From Candidatus Multivoradales bacterium (GTDB taxonomy: Bacteria > Acidobacteriota > Thermoanaerobaculia > Multivoradales > J023): a DNA stretch of 64,000 nt. A program made the translations under genes and the position numbers. Below are positions 28,716 through 38,858 of the stretch, in pieces. The notes under the pieces were generated by a model. That model was not told the DNA's origin. It did no database searches and worked only from the letters and a program-made list of their open reading frames with translations. The stretch spans positions 4,320,001 through 4,384,000 of the forward strand of contig CBDFLE010000006.1 of the NCBI GenBank assembly GCA_965248925.1. Direction: 5' to 3'. Position 1 is the stretch's first letter, and each line of letters begins with the position of its first letter.

Positions 28716-29357
28716 GTGAAGACTTTGCACCGCCCCTCGACCCTCGTGATTGGCCTGCTGATGGCCTTTGTGGCCGTTGCGGCCTTCGGTCAGAACACCC
28801 TTGCCGTCACTGGAGCCGCAGCGCTCAACGGCACCAATTTTGGCCTCGAAGTAATCCTCGACGGCTCGACCAACAATGTCTTCGTGCGCGATGACTCGCC
28901 GGCTGACGAAAGCGTCTACCGGGCCATCTTCTGGCTCGATCCGAATGCGCTGACCATGAACGCATTCGACCGTACCGCGGTGATCAGCGGCCGTAGCGCC
29001 GGCAACCTTGAGATCATCCGCTTGCAGTTGCAGCACAATGGCTTCAGCTACCGGGTGCGCGCCGCTTGCCTGAACAACGCGGGAGTCTTCAAATTCGCCC
29101 GCGTCAACGGCAACGCCCAGAAGTACATCGTCATTGGCGACAACTCGACCGAGGTTACGCTGGAGACCGTCTTCGACAACAGCAACTTGGGCAGCTGCGA
29201 GCTCAGCGCCAATGGCCAGACGATCTTCAACAACGGCTACCAGGCCGGCAGCTACGCGGTCACCAGCATCCGCTTCGGCACCAAGAACCCGAACCCGACG
29301 ATGAGTGGCACTTACTATTTGGACGAGTTCTCGTCCTTCCGCACTCTGGCTCCGTAA
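28716..29357 (+). CDS. Secreted hypothetical protein (beta-rich)
   Basis: GGAGG RBS before the GTG at 28716, signal peptide ending AAFG, Asn/Gly-rich, followed by a terminator. Confidence 0.75.
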   Translation: MKTLHRPSTLVIGLLMAFVAVAAFGQNTLAVTGAAALNGTNFGLEVILDGSTNNVFVRDDSPADESVYRAIFWLDPNALTMNAFDRTAVISGRSAGNLEIIRLQLQHNGFSYRVRAACLNNAGVFKFARVNGNAQKYIVIGDNSTEVTLETVFDNSNLGSCELSANGQTIFNNGYQAGSYAVTSIRFGTKNPNPTMSGTYYLDEFSSFRTLAP

Positions 29358-29393
29358 GAGTGGCCCTGTAAGCGGTTTTTCTAGATCGCTGAT

Positions 29394-29430
29394 CGAAAGC
29401 CCGGTTTCCTCACGGATGACCGGGCTTTCG
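29394..29430. terminator. Intrinsic terminator-like hairpin between convergent genes
   Basis: CGAAAGCCCGGT...ACCGGGCTTTCG, 12-bp stem. Confidence 0.7.
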
Positions 29431-29486
29431 TGCGTTTGCGGGAGGCTCGGGCCCGGGCCCGGGCCCGAAGCGGCTGGCGATCGGGG

Positions 29487-30809
29487 CTAGCGGCCGGCAC
29501 ACTGAAGAACCCAGCTGGCTAGCACCTCGTTCTCCTCGATGTCGGGATGGACGATCGCCGAGTGCCCGTCCACCACCGCTAGTTGCAGGCCGTTGCGTAG
29601 ATCTTGCAGCAGACTGTCGAAGAGATCGAAGTCCGCGGTCTGCCGCGGGTCGCGATACACCCGAGGGATGCAGTCGAGCAGCGCTCGGGTAGCCTCGGCC
29701 GGGCCGCCGTGGATGGCGCAGAAGGCTAGCAACATCAGCAGATAGGGCATTGCCGCCAGGCCGTGGGTGCGCGAGGCTTGGCGCGGTCGCTCACGAGGCA
29801 TGTTGGTTTCGGCATAGTAGAAGTAGTCGCTGTCGAGCAAGCGTCGGTACTTGGCCAGGCCGGTGGCGATGTCGTCGTGCTCGTCATAATCGGCATGGCG
29901 AATGCTGCCGCCCTGGTCGATGGCGATGTCGATCACCGCCGCGCCGCGGCGCATGCGGCGGATATGATGATCGAAGTCGCAGACCTTCTCGGCGGCACTG
30001 GCGCCGCTGCGGTGGGCGAAAACGATGCCGATGGCGTCGTCGATCGCCTCCTCCGTGAGTTCGGTGGCGAAGGTCACTCGCGAATAACCGAGTTTCTCGA
30101 GTTCGCCCGCGAGGCGCTCGGTGGCGGCTTGGAAGCACTCCACAACCACCAATTCGGTCTCTTTGGGCAGCTCGCGGATGGCGGCGAAACCGGCTATGCC
30201 GCCGCCGACTACCACCACTCGACCACTGCCCAAGCCGTTCTTTGTCACTCCTTCGAGCAATTTCTCGCCCGCTACCGAACCAGCGAAGCGGGACATGCTG
30301 GCGACGATGGGGGTGCGGTCGATGTCGTTCGACAAGTAGGCGCAGCCGCCGACCGTGCCGCCGTCGAGAATGGCGCTGAAGTTGCGCCGTCGTAGCAGCT
30401 GGCACACCGCTGGCGGTTTGCTGGCCAAGTGCAGAGCTCCGAGACGCAGAAATGGCCCCGGTAGCTCGGCTTCCCAGCCGGTGGGTTCTTTGAGGGCATG
30501 GACCAGATCGAAGGGGCCGTGCTCGGCCAACTGATCGAGCTCAAGAACTTGGGCGCGAGCGTCGCGGTATTCCTGGTCGCTGGCCCTGGCCCGCTCGCCG
30601 GCTCCGGCGACGACGTAGAGCTTCGGTTGCAGGCCAGTGCTCTCCAGGTCCAGGCGCAGGCGGTGGATGTGCGACGGAGTCAGGGCGACCCGGGTTTCGT
30701 GGCCGATGTGTTCGTCGGTGCCGAGCAGCATGCTGACCCGTGGTCGGGCCCACTGGTGGTGGGCTAGCCGCTGCACCAAGGCGGTCTGTAGTTGATCGAT
30801 GGTTGACAT
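29487..30809 (-). CDS. Alanine dehydrogenase/PNT-alpha superfamily protein (divergent)
   Basis: ETRVALTP, LKEP, MSRFAG, VVVVGGGIAG, IDIAIDQGG, TNMP. Confidence 0.75.
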   Translation of the reverse strand: MSTIDQLQTALVQRLAHHQWARPRVSMLLGTDEHIGHETRVALTPSHIHRLRLDLESTGLQPKLYVVAGAGERARASDQEYRDARAQVLELDQLAEHGPFDLVHALKEPTGWEAELPGPFLRLGALHLASKPPAVCQLLRRRNFSAILDGGTVGGCAYLSNDIDRTPIVASMSRFAGSVAGEKLLEGVTKNGLGSGRVVVVGGGIAGFAAIRELPKETELVVVECFQAATERLAGELEKLGYSRVTFATELTEEAIDDAIGIVFAHRSGASAAEKVCDFDHHIRRMRRGAAVIDIAIDQGGSIRHADYDEHDDIATGLAKYRRLLDSDYFYYAETNMPRERPRQASRTHGLAAMPYLLMLLAFCAIHGGPAEATRALLDCIPRVYRDPRQTADFDLFDSLLQDLRNGLQLAVVDGHSAIVHPDIEENEVLASWVLQCAGR

Positions 30810-30813
30810 CGGG

Positions 30814-32115
30814 CTAGTCCTCCTGGCGAGTTACCAGGTGGTATTTCTTCTGTCCGCGGCGAATAATGAGGACCCGGCCGCCGAGGAAGTCGTCGCCTGA
30901 TACTTGGTTCTTGGCGCTGTCGACGCGGTGGTTGTTGAGGTAGATCCCGCCATCGCGCAACAGCCTCTTGGCGGCGCCTTTAGAGTCGGTGACGCCGCAG
31001 CGGACTAGTAAGTCCGGGATCGGCAAGCCTCCTTCGAGGTCACTGCTGGTCAGGCTGCTCGAGGGGACGTCTTCGAAGATATCGAGGATCTCACTCACTT
31101 CGAGGGAGTCAATGGCTTCACCGAAGAGGATTCGCGCCGACGCTTCAGCCCGTTCCAAGGCGGTTGGGCCGTGGACTCGCTCGGTGATGTCGGCGGCCAG
31201 CCGGCGCTGTGCGGCACGAGCGCTGGGGTTGTCGCTCAGCTGCTGTTCGAGATCGCCGATCTCGTCTTGGTCGAGGTAGGTGAAGCTCTTCAGGTAGTTC
31301 ACCACGTCGCTATCGCTGGTGTTGAGCCAGAACTGATAGAAGCGGTAGGGGGAGGTTCGGGCGGCGTCGAGCCAAATAGCGCCGGCTTCGGTCTTGCCAA
31401 ACTTCTGCCCGCTCGAAGTGGTGACCAGGGGGCATACCAGACCGTGGGCGCGGCGCCGTTCGACGCGGCGGATCAGCTCGGTGCCAGCGGTGATGTTGCC
31501 CCATTGATCACTGCCGCCCATTTGCAAAGTGCAACCGTAGCGGCGGTTGAGCTCGAGGAAATCGTAAGACTGGAGCAAGAGATAGCTAAACTCGGTAAAG
31601 GAGATGCCCTCTTCCTGCGCCAGCCGGCGGCTGACAGACTCCTTGGCCAGCATGTAGTTGACGGTGAAGTGCTTGCCAATATCGCGTAGGAAGTCGATCG
31701 TCGGGATGGTGGTGAGCCACTCCGCGTTGTCGATGATCCGTGCCGGATTGGACGGGGATTCGAAATCTAGGATCTGGCTCAGCTGTTGGCGAATACCCAC
31801 CAGGTTCTGCGCCACTTTCTCGGCGGTCAGCATGTCGCGTTCAGTGGATTTACCACTCGGGTCGCCGATCAAGCCGGTGCCACCACCGACCACCGCGATC
31901 GGACTGTGGCCGGCTCGCTGCATGCGCGCCATGTTCATGATCTGCAGCAGATTGCCGACATGCAGACTGGCTGCGGTGGGGTCGAAACCGATGTAGAGGG
32001 TTACTTTGCCCTGGGCGAGGTGCTCTTCGAGTCCCTCGGTGCGATCGTAGACCTGGCCTCGCCAGGTCAGCTCTGCGAAGACGCTCAAAGCGGTACCTCC
32101 TACGACCCGTGTCAC
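30814..32115 (-). CDS. tyrS: Tyrosine--tRNA ligase
   Basis: YIGFDPTAASLHVGN, QMGGSDQWGNI, KFGKTE, C-terminal S4 domain. Confidence 0.98.
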   Translation of the reverse strand: MTRVVGGTALSVFAELTWRGQVYDRTEGLEEHLAQGKVTLYIGFDPTAASLHVGNLLQIMNMARMQRAGHSPIAVVGGGTGLIGDPSGKSTERDMLTAEKVAQNLVGIRQQLSQILDFESPSNPARIIDNAEWLTTIPTIDFLRDIGKHFTVNYMLAKESVSRRLAQEEGISFTEFSYLLLQSYDFLELNRRYGCTLQMGGSDQWGNITAGTELIRRVERRRAHGLVCPLVTTSSGQKFGKTEAGAIWLDAARTSPYRFYQFWLNTSDSDVVNYLKSFTYLDQDEIGDLEQQLSDNPSARAAQRRLAADITERVHGPTALERAEASARILFGEAIDSLEVSEILDIFEDVPSSSLTSSDLEGGLPIPDLLVRCGVTDSKGAAKRLLRDGGIYLNNHRVDSAKNQVSGDDFLGGRVLIIRRGQKKYHLVTRQED

Positions 32116-32229
32116 TGCCGGGCGAACGGGCGCCGCTGAGTTTGAAGAAGGGTCCGGTGCGGTAAATCGAGAAAGTCAGGCGCAGAGTAGCCGTGCAACT
32201 GCTGCCGGCCGGCTGCGTATTGAAGGTCG

Positions 32230-33309
32230 ATGCTAGCATTCCCTGCCATGATTTGCCGGTTGCGAAGAACTCTATGCCAAGTCGTCATCGGTGGGCTTTT
32301 TCTGCAATTGGGGGCGCTAGCCCCGGCCGCTGAGGCGGCTGCGGAAGGCCGTCAATTTCTCCGTGGCATGACGGTCTCCTGTCCGGGAGCCGGCCGCATC
32401 TGGGGCAGCCCGGCGATGGCCGAGGCTCTAGATCAACTAGCTGATCTCGGGGTGGGCTGGGTGGCCATTCACCCTTATGGCTGGATCGGTCGCGATGGCG
32501 AGGTGCGCTACCGGCCGGCCGCCGAAACCGGCTATCTAGAACGCTCGGTCGAGCTGGCTCGGGCGCGCGGTATCGAATTGTTCTGGAAGCCCCACTTGGG
32601 CTATTGGGGCAGTTTCGAATGGCGGGGGGCGATCGAATTCGGCGAGGATCAGGCCGCTTGGAAGCGGTTCTTTGCCGACTACCGAGAATTTATTGTTGAC
32701 CAAGCGCGTTTTGCCGAAAGCGCAGGTGTGCGGTTGTTCGCGGTGGGTGTCGAACTCGAAGGAACGACCGCTCGAGAGGCTGAATGGCGCGCCATCTTGG
32801 CTGCGGTGCGGCAGGTTTACTCCGGTGAGCTGACCTACTCGGCCAACTGGGACACCCTTGATGAGGTGCCATTCTGGGACGCTCTCGACACTCTCGGGGT
32901 GCAATTTTACTTTCCCTTGGCTACGGTTGATCAACCGGCCAGCGAGAGCTTGGAGGCGGCCTGGGATGGCCCCCTTGAGACCTTGCGCAGGCTGTCGCGG
33001 CGCCATGGCGGCAAGCCTGTCGTGCTGGCTGAGATCGGCTACGATCTGTCGCCGGTGGCGGCGAGCCAGCCTTGGGCATCACGTCGCCAGGACAATCCGG
33101 CCAACCGCTCTCTGCGTCGCCAGCTGATGGAAGTGGCTTTGGCGCGCGCCGAAGCCGAACCACTGATCCAGGGCATGTTCTGGTGGAAGTGGATGCCGGG
33201 CTCCCGACGGGGAGACTTTTCGATGCGTGACGCCGAGGCATTGGACATTCTGCGTCATGCCTGGGGGCAACAGTCCGCGGATCGCGGCAGCTCTTCCTCA
33301 ACTCCCTAG
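32230..33309 (+). CDS. Glycoside hydrolase family 113-like protein
   Basis: Signal peptide; FWKPHL, WRGAI, VGVEL, TYSANWD, FWDALD, LAEIGY, GMFWWKW. Confidence 0.8.
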   Translation: MLAFPAMICRLRRTLCQVVIGGLFLQLGALAPAAEAAAEGRQFLRGMTVSCPGAGRIWGSPAMAEALDQLADLGVGWVAIHPYGWIGRDGEVRYRPAAETGYLERSVELARARGIELFWKPHLGYWGSFEWRGAIEFGEDQAAWKRFFADYREFIVDQARFAESAGVRLFAVGVELEGTTAREAEWRAILAAVRQVYSGELTYSANWDTLDEVPFWDALDTLGVQFYFPLATVDQPASESLEAAWDGPLETLRRLSRRHGGKPVVLAEIGYDLSPVAASQPWASRRQDNPANRSLRRQLMEVALARAEAEPLIQGMFWWKWMPGSRRGDFSMRDAEALDILRHAWGQQSADRGSSSSTP

Positions 33310-33747
33310 CCGATTCCTTGCTGCCGCCTCGAGCAGGGTCCGCAAGATGGGCAGCAAGGGGCGATCGGCCGCCGCCCAGTCGAGTTCGTCGAGCTGGTCG
33401 TGACTCACCCAACGCAGAGCCAGGTGTTCGTTAGCCTTGGGTTCGCCGTGGAGAATTTGGGCTCGGTAGACCGCCAACGAAATGCTCCTGCCGTCGCCGT
33501 CGGCGCTGCCATGGCCGAGTAGTTGGCCGACCTCGATCTCGACCCCGAGTTCTTCGATGATTTCGCGCCGCAGGGCTTGACGGGGGCTCTCGCCGGATTC
33601 GATCTTACCGCCGGGGAGCTCCCACCGGAGTGCATTCGACATCTGCTCACCCCGTTGCGCGGCGAGTAGCCTGGGGCCGTCGAAGATCGCAGCTCCGACC
33701 ACCGGCAATGAATCGGCTGCCGCGGGCTGGCCGCGCGGGGTGTTCAT
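33298..33747 (-). CDS. MutT/NUDIX pyrophosphohydrolase
   Basis: Nudix box WELPGGKIESGESPRQALRREIIEELG; start MNTP at 33747. Confidence 0.9.
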   Translation of the reverse strand: MNTPRGQPAAADSLPVVGAAIFDGPRLLAAQRGEQMSNALRWELPGGKIESGESPRQALRREIIEELGVEIEVGQLLGHGSADGDGRSISLAVYRAQILHGEPKANEHLALRWVSHDQLDELDWAAADRPLLPILRTLLEAAARNRLGS

Positions 33748-34064
33748 TCCGGGTCGGTATCGGTATCGGTATCGGAATCGGAATCGGTATCGGCTGGCGC
33801 TTCGGTGGTGAAGGCGCCGAGGACGGCGAGGGCTTCCCCGGCCCTGTCGCGGGGTACCATCAGACGGGCGCCAAGGCCAGTCTTGGCCCGGCTGATCAGC
33901 TGCGATGGCATGGGCAGTAGGGCCTGAGCTTCCTCTCCTTGGACCAAGAAAGGGATGCCGGCGGATCTCAGCACGGATCTGATCACCGGCAGCAAGCTGC
34001 TGTCGGCAGTGGTGAAAACTTCCTGTAGATCCGAGTCGCTGGCGTTGGTTGGCGGAGTTCGCAT
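33744..34064 (-). CDS. DUF2007-like small protein with an acidic tail
   Basis: IRSVLRSAGIPFLVQGE...RLMVP pattern; DTDSDSDTDTDTD tail; ATGA-coupled to the NUDIX gene. Confidence 0.65.
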   Translation of the reverse strand: MRTPPTNASDSDLQEVFTTADSSLLPVIRSVLRSAGIPFLVQGEEAQALLPMPSQLISRAKTGLGARLMVPRDRAGEALAVLGAFTTEAPADTDSDSDTDTDTDPE

Positions 34065-34216
34065 GGCTTGCCTCGCTGGTTTGGTGATCTTCCTTCCCGG
34101 TGGGCCGAGCTGCATTTTTGCATAGTGGTTCCGGAGACTGGAAATCGGTCCTATAATCGCCCCACTCAGAGGGCCGGCGCGGCGCCTGGCCCCTAGAAGC
34201 CCCGGAGTATCCACCG

Positions 34217-34705
34217 ATGACGATCAGTAGCGAGAGCTTTCGCGATGTTTTGCGCCACTTCCCCGCGGGTGTCACTTTGCTCACCGCCTGTGTTGGCGGC
34301 GAACGACATGGCATGACGGTGTCGGCATTCTCCTCGGTATCGGCAGATCCGCCGCTGGTGACGGTGATCGTCGATCGTGCTCACTCGATGCACAGCCTGC
34401 TAGAAGATCCCGCCGCCGCTTTCGCCATCAATTTTCTCGCCGCCGATCAGCAGAACTTATCCGACCGCTTCGCCTTCGAGAAGACGGAAGACCGTTTTCT
34501 TCTCGGTAGCTGGCAGGTCGGCAGCAACGGCGCTCCGGTGCTGAGCGACGCAGTGGCGGTGCTCGAGTGTCGCCGGCATGCCAGCCACTCGGCTGGCAGC
34601 CATGTGATCTATATCGGCGCAGTCGTCGATTGTCGGGTGGCTCGGCCGGACGCTCGGCCGTTGGTGTATTGGAATCGCGGCTACCGCCAGCTCGCCGACA
34701 GCTGA
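34217..34705 (+). CDS. Flavin reductase family protein
   Basis: FRDVLRHFPAGVT, GMTVSAFSSVSADPP, GSHVIYIG, PLVYWNRGY. Confidence 0.92.
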   Translation: MTISSESFRDVLRHFPAGVTLLTACVGGERHGMTVSAFSSVSADPPLVTVIVDRAHSMHSLLEDPAAAFAINFLAADQQNLSDRFAFEKTEDRFLLGSWQVGSNGAPVLSDAVAVLECRRHASHSAGSHVIYIGAVVDCRVARPDARPLVYWNRGYRQLADS

Positions 34706-34776
34706 GCATCTCTGCCGTGGCCGATTCACCTTCTGATCCGTTGCCCGAGGTGCGAGCGTTGAATCCCAGGTCAGCG

Positions 34777-35937
34777 ATGGGCGAGCATACTGCTGCCACC
34801 CGGCGCTGGCTCGACCAACGCTACGCCCGCTATGCCGATGGTTCTTACCAGGGGCATCAGCCGATATATGGCTTTGGCTCGCCGCACAGTGAACCGCCGC
34901 ATTTACCGCGCTTGGCGCGAACCCTGAATTTGTTGCGTTGGACGGTGCCATTGAAACCGCGAACCGTGCTCGATATTGGTGGTGGCGAGGGTTATCTGGC
35001 GGCCCTGTTGCGGCGGGTGACGGGTGCCGAACCGGTTTGTGCCGACCTGAGTCGAGAAGCGGCACGGCGGGCTCGCGAGCTCTTTGGGGTTTCTTCCCTG
35101 GCGGCTGAGGGGGGGCGTTTGCCATTTGCTGACCGAGCTTTCGATGTGGTGATTGTCAGCGAGGTGATCGAGCATCTCGAAGATCCGATCGCCTGTTTGG
35201 CCGAGGCCCGGCGCTTGGCGGCACGTTGGTTGTTGGTCACCACGCAAGAGGCAGAGCCTATCGCTGGATTGCGCCGGGCGCGCTTGCGGCTGCGGCAGCC
35301 GGGAGTTCCCCACACCGAACTCAACTGGTGGACGGCGGCCGACCTGCGGCAGTTGTTGGGTTCACCGGCGCGCCTGAGTTCGCAGTATTTCGCCATGCTG
35401 TCCCGCGACGAAAGCCGGATGTCAGAGCGAGAGGCCGTGGCGGCGCTGCACCGAGTGCTCGATGTGCCGCCGCGCACTACTTGGCGTGGAGTTGGAGTGA
35501 TGGGGCTTTGGTCGCGCAGCGGCGACTCTGCGCCGCCACCGCTGGCGCTAGAGGATGCGCAGGTCGATCGTTGGGCGCGGCTGCTGTGTTCGCCCGAGAT
35601 CGGCGGCTATTTGGCCCGTCCGCTGGACTACGATCCGGCGTCCACGGCTAGCGGGATCAAACTCGACGACGGCGTTCCCACCTACTTTCCCGAGTCCCCG
35701 CCGCCGTCGGTCGAGCTGCCTGGTTGTGCCGACCTGCGGCGCCGTTTTGATCCGGCCAATGTTGCCACGGGTGACCGCGAACGCTGGTGGCTGCAACTTC
35801 GCCTCGATATTTTCCGGGCTTTCGTGGTGCTCATGATGGCGGAGCCGATCGCGGTCAAGGTTGCCTGGTTGCGGCGCAAGCTGGCCCTGCGGCGAGGGGT
35901 TCGGCCGGCGGCCGCTGAAGAACAAGATCTGGACTAG
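34777..35937 (+). CDS. Class I SAM-dependent methyltransferase
   Basis: VLDIGGGEG motif I, LPFADRAFDVV, EVIEHL; start uncertain. Confidence 0.8.
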   Translation: MGEHTAATRRWLDQRYARYADGSYQGHQPIYGFGSPHSEPPHLPRLARTLNLLRWTVPLKPRTVLDIGGGEGYLAALLRRVTGAEPVCADLSREAARRARELFGVSSLAAEGGRLPFADRAFDVVIVSEVIEHLEDPIACLAEARRLAARWLLVTTQEAEPIAGLRRARLRLRQPGVPHTELNWWTAADLRQLLGSPARLSSQYFAMLSRDESRMSEREAVAALHRVLDVPPRTTWRGVGVMGLWSRSGDSAPPPLALEDAQVDRWARLLCSPEIGGYLARPLDYDPASTASGIKLDDGVPTYFPESPPPSVELPGCADLRRRFDPANVATGDRERWWLQLRLDIFRAFVVLMMAEPIAVKVAWLRRKLALRRGVRPAAAEEQDLD

Positions 35938-35991
35938 CCAATTCTCACCAGTTGATTGGCACCCTGAGGGTGACCAGTGATAATAGGCCCC

Positions 35992-37752
35992 ATGAGTACC
36001 AACCGCGAATTGTCGAAGCTCTTCGGCCAAATGGCTGCCGCCTTGGAGTTGCTGGGTGCCAATCGATTCCGGGTCAATGCCCATCAGCGAGTAGCGCGCT
36101 TGCTCAAGGATCTGACCGAGGATGTGGCAGCGCTGGTTGAGGAGGATCCCGCGACCGCCGTCAAGCGGCTGGCCGAGCTGCCCGGTATCGGCAAGGGTTC
36201 GGCGGAGAAATTGGTCGAGTATGTCCAGACCGGTGCGATGGAGGAGCATGGCAAGCTGCTGCAGGAAGTGCCGAAAGGGCTCTTCGAGGTCCTCGATATT
36301 CCAGGCATCGGGCCGAAAGCGGCCAAGTTGATGTGGGATCAACTGGGCATTACTTCGGTGGCCGATCTCAAAGCCAAGATCGACTCGCCAGAGTTTGTGG
36401 CTTTGCCCCGGATGGGTCAGAAGTCGATCGACAACATCAAGAAAGCTATCGCCTTCAGCGAGAAGGCCGGCTCCCGGGTTCCTATCGGTATCGCTCGGCC
36501 GTTGGCGATCGAGTTGCGCCAGGCGCTGGCGGCGGTGCCTGGAGTGCAGCGGGTGGAGTACGCTGGAAGCTTGCGACGAGGCCGCGAGACCATCGGCGAT
36601 CTGGATTTTTTGGTTGCTGCCGAGGATCCCGAAGCGGTGCGCGAACACTTCGTCTCGCTGCCTGCGGTGACCCAAGTGTTGGCTCGCGGCGAGACCAAGT
36701 GCTCGGTGCGCTTGGAGGTCCAAGGGGTCGTCGTTCAAGCGGATCTGCGGTTAGTGCCGGAAGCGACCTACGGCGCTGCTCTGATGTACTTCACCGGATC
36801 CAAGGAGCATAACGTTCGCCTGCGGGAGCGAGCCCTCCAACGCGGCCAACGGCTCAACGAGTACGGACTCTTTGCCGGTACCGACGAGCGCCCTCAGGAC
36901 ACTGGCCAACTGCCGCTGGCGGTGACCGAGGAGGCTATCTACCAGACCCTCGAACTGCCGTTCATCGCTCCTGAACTACGCCAGGATCGTGGCGAGTTCG
37001 AAGGCCAGGCGCCCGTAAGGCTGATCGAGCTGGCCGACATCCGTGCTGAGTTGCATGCCCACACCATCGCCAGCGACGGTAGCCTGACCATCGACCAACT
37101 GGCTGCCGAAGCTCGGCGCCGAGGTTTCCACACTCTGGCGATTACCGACCATTCGCAAAGCTCGGTGATCGCCAATGGCTTGAAGCCTGATCGCTTGCGC
37201 CGTCACATCGAAGCGGTGCGCGAGGCCGACCAGCGAATCGACGGAATTCGCTTGCTAGCGGGTTCGGAAGTCGACATCCTGATCGATGGCTCACTGGACT
37301 ACGACGACGATTTGCTCGCCGAGCTCGACGCGGTGGTGGCTTCGCCCCATGCCTCGCTGCGGCAGGAACCGGCGGTCGCTACCGCCCGGCTACTGCGCGC
37401 CATTCGCCACCCTCTGGTGCATATCGTCGGTCACCCGACGGGGCGGATCATCAATCGGCGTGAAGGCCTGGCGCCCGACATGGGGGCCTTGTTCGCCGCC
37501 GCCGTCGAGCACGACACGGCGCTTGAGCTGAATGCCAACTGGCAGCGGTTGGATCTTCGCGACACCCACCTGAGGAGTGCTCTCGTAGCGGGTTGCAAGA
37601 TTGCTATCGACACCGATGCTCACGACACGCCGCACTTCGATTTTCTGATCTACGGCGTGCTCACCGCCCGTCGGGCTGGGCTCATCGCGGAGCGCTGCAT
37701 CAACACCTGGTCGGCTGATCGGCTGCACAGCTGGCTGCGTTCCAAGCGTTGA
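35992..37752 (+). CDS. polX: DNA polymerase X with a PHP exonuclease domain
   Basis: HhH LPGIGKG, AGSLRRGRETIGDLD, YFTGSKEHN, LNEYG, PHP motifs LHAHT..SDG, TDHS, HPTGR, DTDAH. Confidence 0.95.
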   Translation: MSTNRELSKLFGQMAAALELLGANRFRVNAHQRVARLLKDLTEDVAALVEEDPATAVKRLAELPGIGKGSAEKLVEYVQTGAMEEHGKLLQEVPKGLFEVLDIPGIGPKAAKLMWDQLGITSVADLKAKIDSPEFVALPRMGQKSIDNIKKAIAFSEKAGSRVPIGIARPLAIELRQALAAVPGVQRVEYAGSLRRGRETIGDLDFLVAAEDPEAVREHFVSLPAVTQVLARGETKCSVRLEVQGVVVQADLRLVPEATYGAALMYFTGSKEHNVRLRERALQRGQRLNEYGLFAGTDERPQDTGQLPLAVTEEAIYQTLELPFIAPELRQDRGEFEGQAPVRLIELADIRAELHAHTIASDGSLTIDQLAAEARRRGFHTLAITDHSQSSVIANGLKPDRLRRHIEAVREADQRIDGIRLLAGSEVDILIDGSLDYDDDLLAELDAVVASPHASLRQEPAVATARLLRAIRHPLVHIVGHPTGRIINRREGLAPDMGALFAAAVEHDTALELNANWQRLDLRDTHLRSALVAGCKIAIDTDAHDTPHFDFLIYGVLTARRAGLIAERCINTWSADRLHSWLRSKR

Positions 37753-38843
37753 GTTCTAGGTCCACCTTGCCGGCTTTCGACGAGAACATTCCTCTCGCCC
37801 CGCTGACCACTCTTGGGGTCGGTGGCCCGGCGCGTTGGCTGGCTCGCTGCCGCAGCGTCACGGAGTTGCGGCACGCACTTGACTGGGCGCGGCGGCAGGC
37901 GGTGCCCAGCTTGGTGCTTGGTGGCGGTAGCAACCTGCTGGTCGCCGATCGCGGCTTCGATGGCTTGGTGGTGATCTGCGAAAGCTGCGACCTCGAGCTG
38001 AAGAGAGCCGGCGACGGGGTCCTGGCACGCATTGCCGCGGGTCATGATTGGGACCAGCTAGTGGCTATGACGGTGGCTGAGGGGCTCGGTGGTATCGAGT
38101 GCCTCAGCGGCATCCCAGGCCGAGTTGGCGCGGCGCCGATACAGAATATTGGCGCCTATGGACAGCAGTTGGAGGATTGCTTGACAGCGGTAGAGGTGAT
38201 CGATCGACAGAGTCTCGAATGCCGCCGCTTGAGCGCCGCTGAGTGTGGATTGAGCTACCGCCACAGCCACTTCAAGACGGTTTGGCGTGACCGCTTGGTG
38301 ATCACCGCTATCGAGCTGCGGCTACAGCCGGATGTCTTCGGTGCGGTGCGCTACGGAGATCTGCGGGGCCGCTTGCCCGATCCCTCTAACGCCAGCCTGG
38401 CCGAGGTGCGACGAGCGGTGCTGAAGGTCAGAGCGGAGAAGTCTATGTTGCTCGATGCCACGGACCCCAACCACCTGAGCGCTGGCTCTTTCTTTGTCAA
38501 CCCGGTGGTCGCCGCCAGCGTTGCAGAACGCTTGCGGCAGCAGACCGGTGCTGGTGCGGAGATGCCGGCCTATCCAGCGCTGGGCGGGGTCAAGCTGTCG
38601 GCCGCCTGGTTGATCGAGCGGGCCGGCTTTCGCCGGGGTGAGGTACGCGGCCGGGTAGGGTTGTCGAGTCGGCATGTCTTGGCATTGATCAACCGTGGTG
38701 GCGCCAGTGCCAGCGAGCTGATAGCTCTGGCTGGAGAAATCCGACGACGGGTTCGCCAACGTTTCGCCATCACCCTGTCTCCGGAGCCGGTGCTGGTCGG
38801 TTTCGAGGTTCCGCTCGACGAGTTGCTCGGGGGTTCAGGCTGA
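37749..38843 (+). CDS. murB: UDP-N-acetylmuramate dehydrogenase
   Basis: LGGGSNLL, GIPGRVGAAPIQNIGAYG, YRHS.FK, SAGSFFVNP, KLSAAWLIE, HVLALIN. Confidence 0.95.
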   Translation: MSSRSTLPAFDENIPLAPLTTLGVGGPARWLARCRSVTELRHALDWARRQAVPSLVLGGGSNLLVADRGFDGLVVICESCDLELKRAGDGVLARIAAGHDWDQLVAMTVAEGLGGIECLSGIPGRVGAAPIQNIGAYGQQLEDCLTAVEVIDRQSLECRRLSAAECGLSYRHSHFKTVWRDRLVITAIELRLQPDVFGAVRYGDLRGRLPDPSNASLAEVRRAVLKVRAEKSMLLDATDPNHLSAGSFFVNPVVAASVAERLRQQTGAGAEMPAYPALGGVKLSAAWLIERAGFRRGEVRGRVGLSSRHVLALINRGGASASELIALAGEIRRRVRQRFAITLSPEPVLVGFEVPLDELLGGSG

Positions 38844-38858
38844 TAACATCTCGCCCTC

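Noticed and set aside
29448-29467. CGGGCC x3 self-complementary run
   Set aside because: Short GC microsatellite in a terminator region with no other copies noticed
33754-33795. TCGGWA hexamer run as a regulatory or phase-variable repeat
   Set aside because: It encodes the in-frame acidic DT/DS tail of a small protein; length changes would keep the frame
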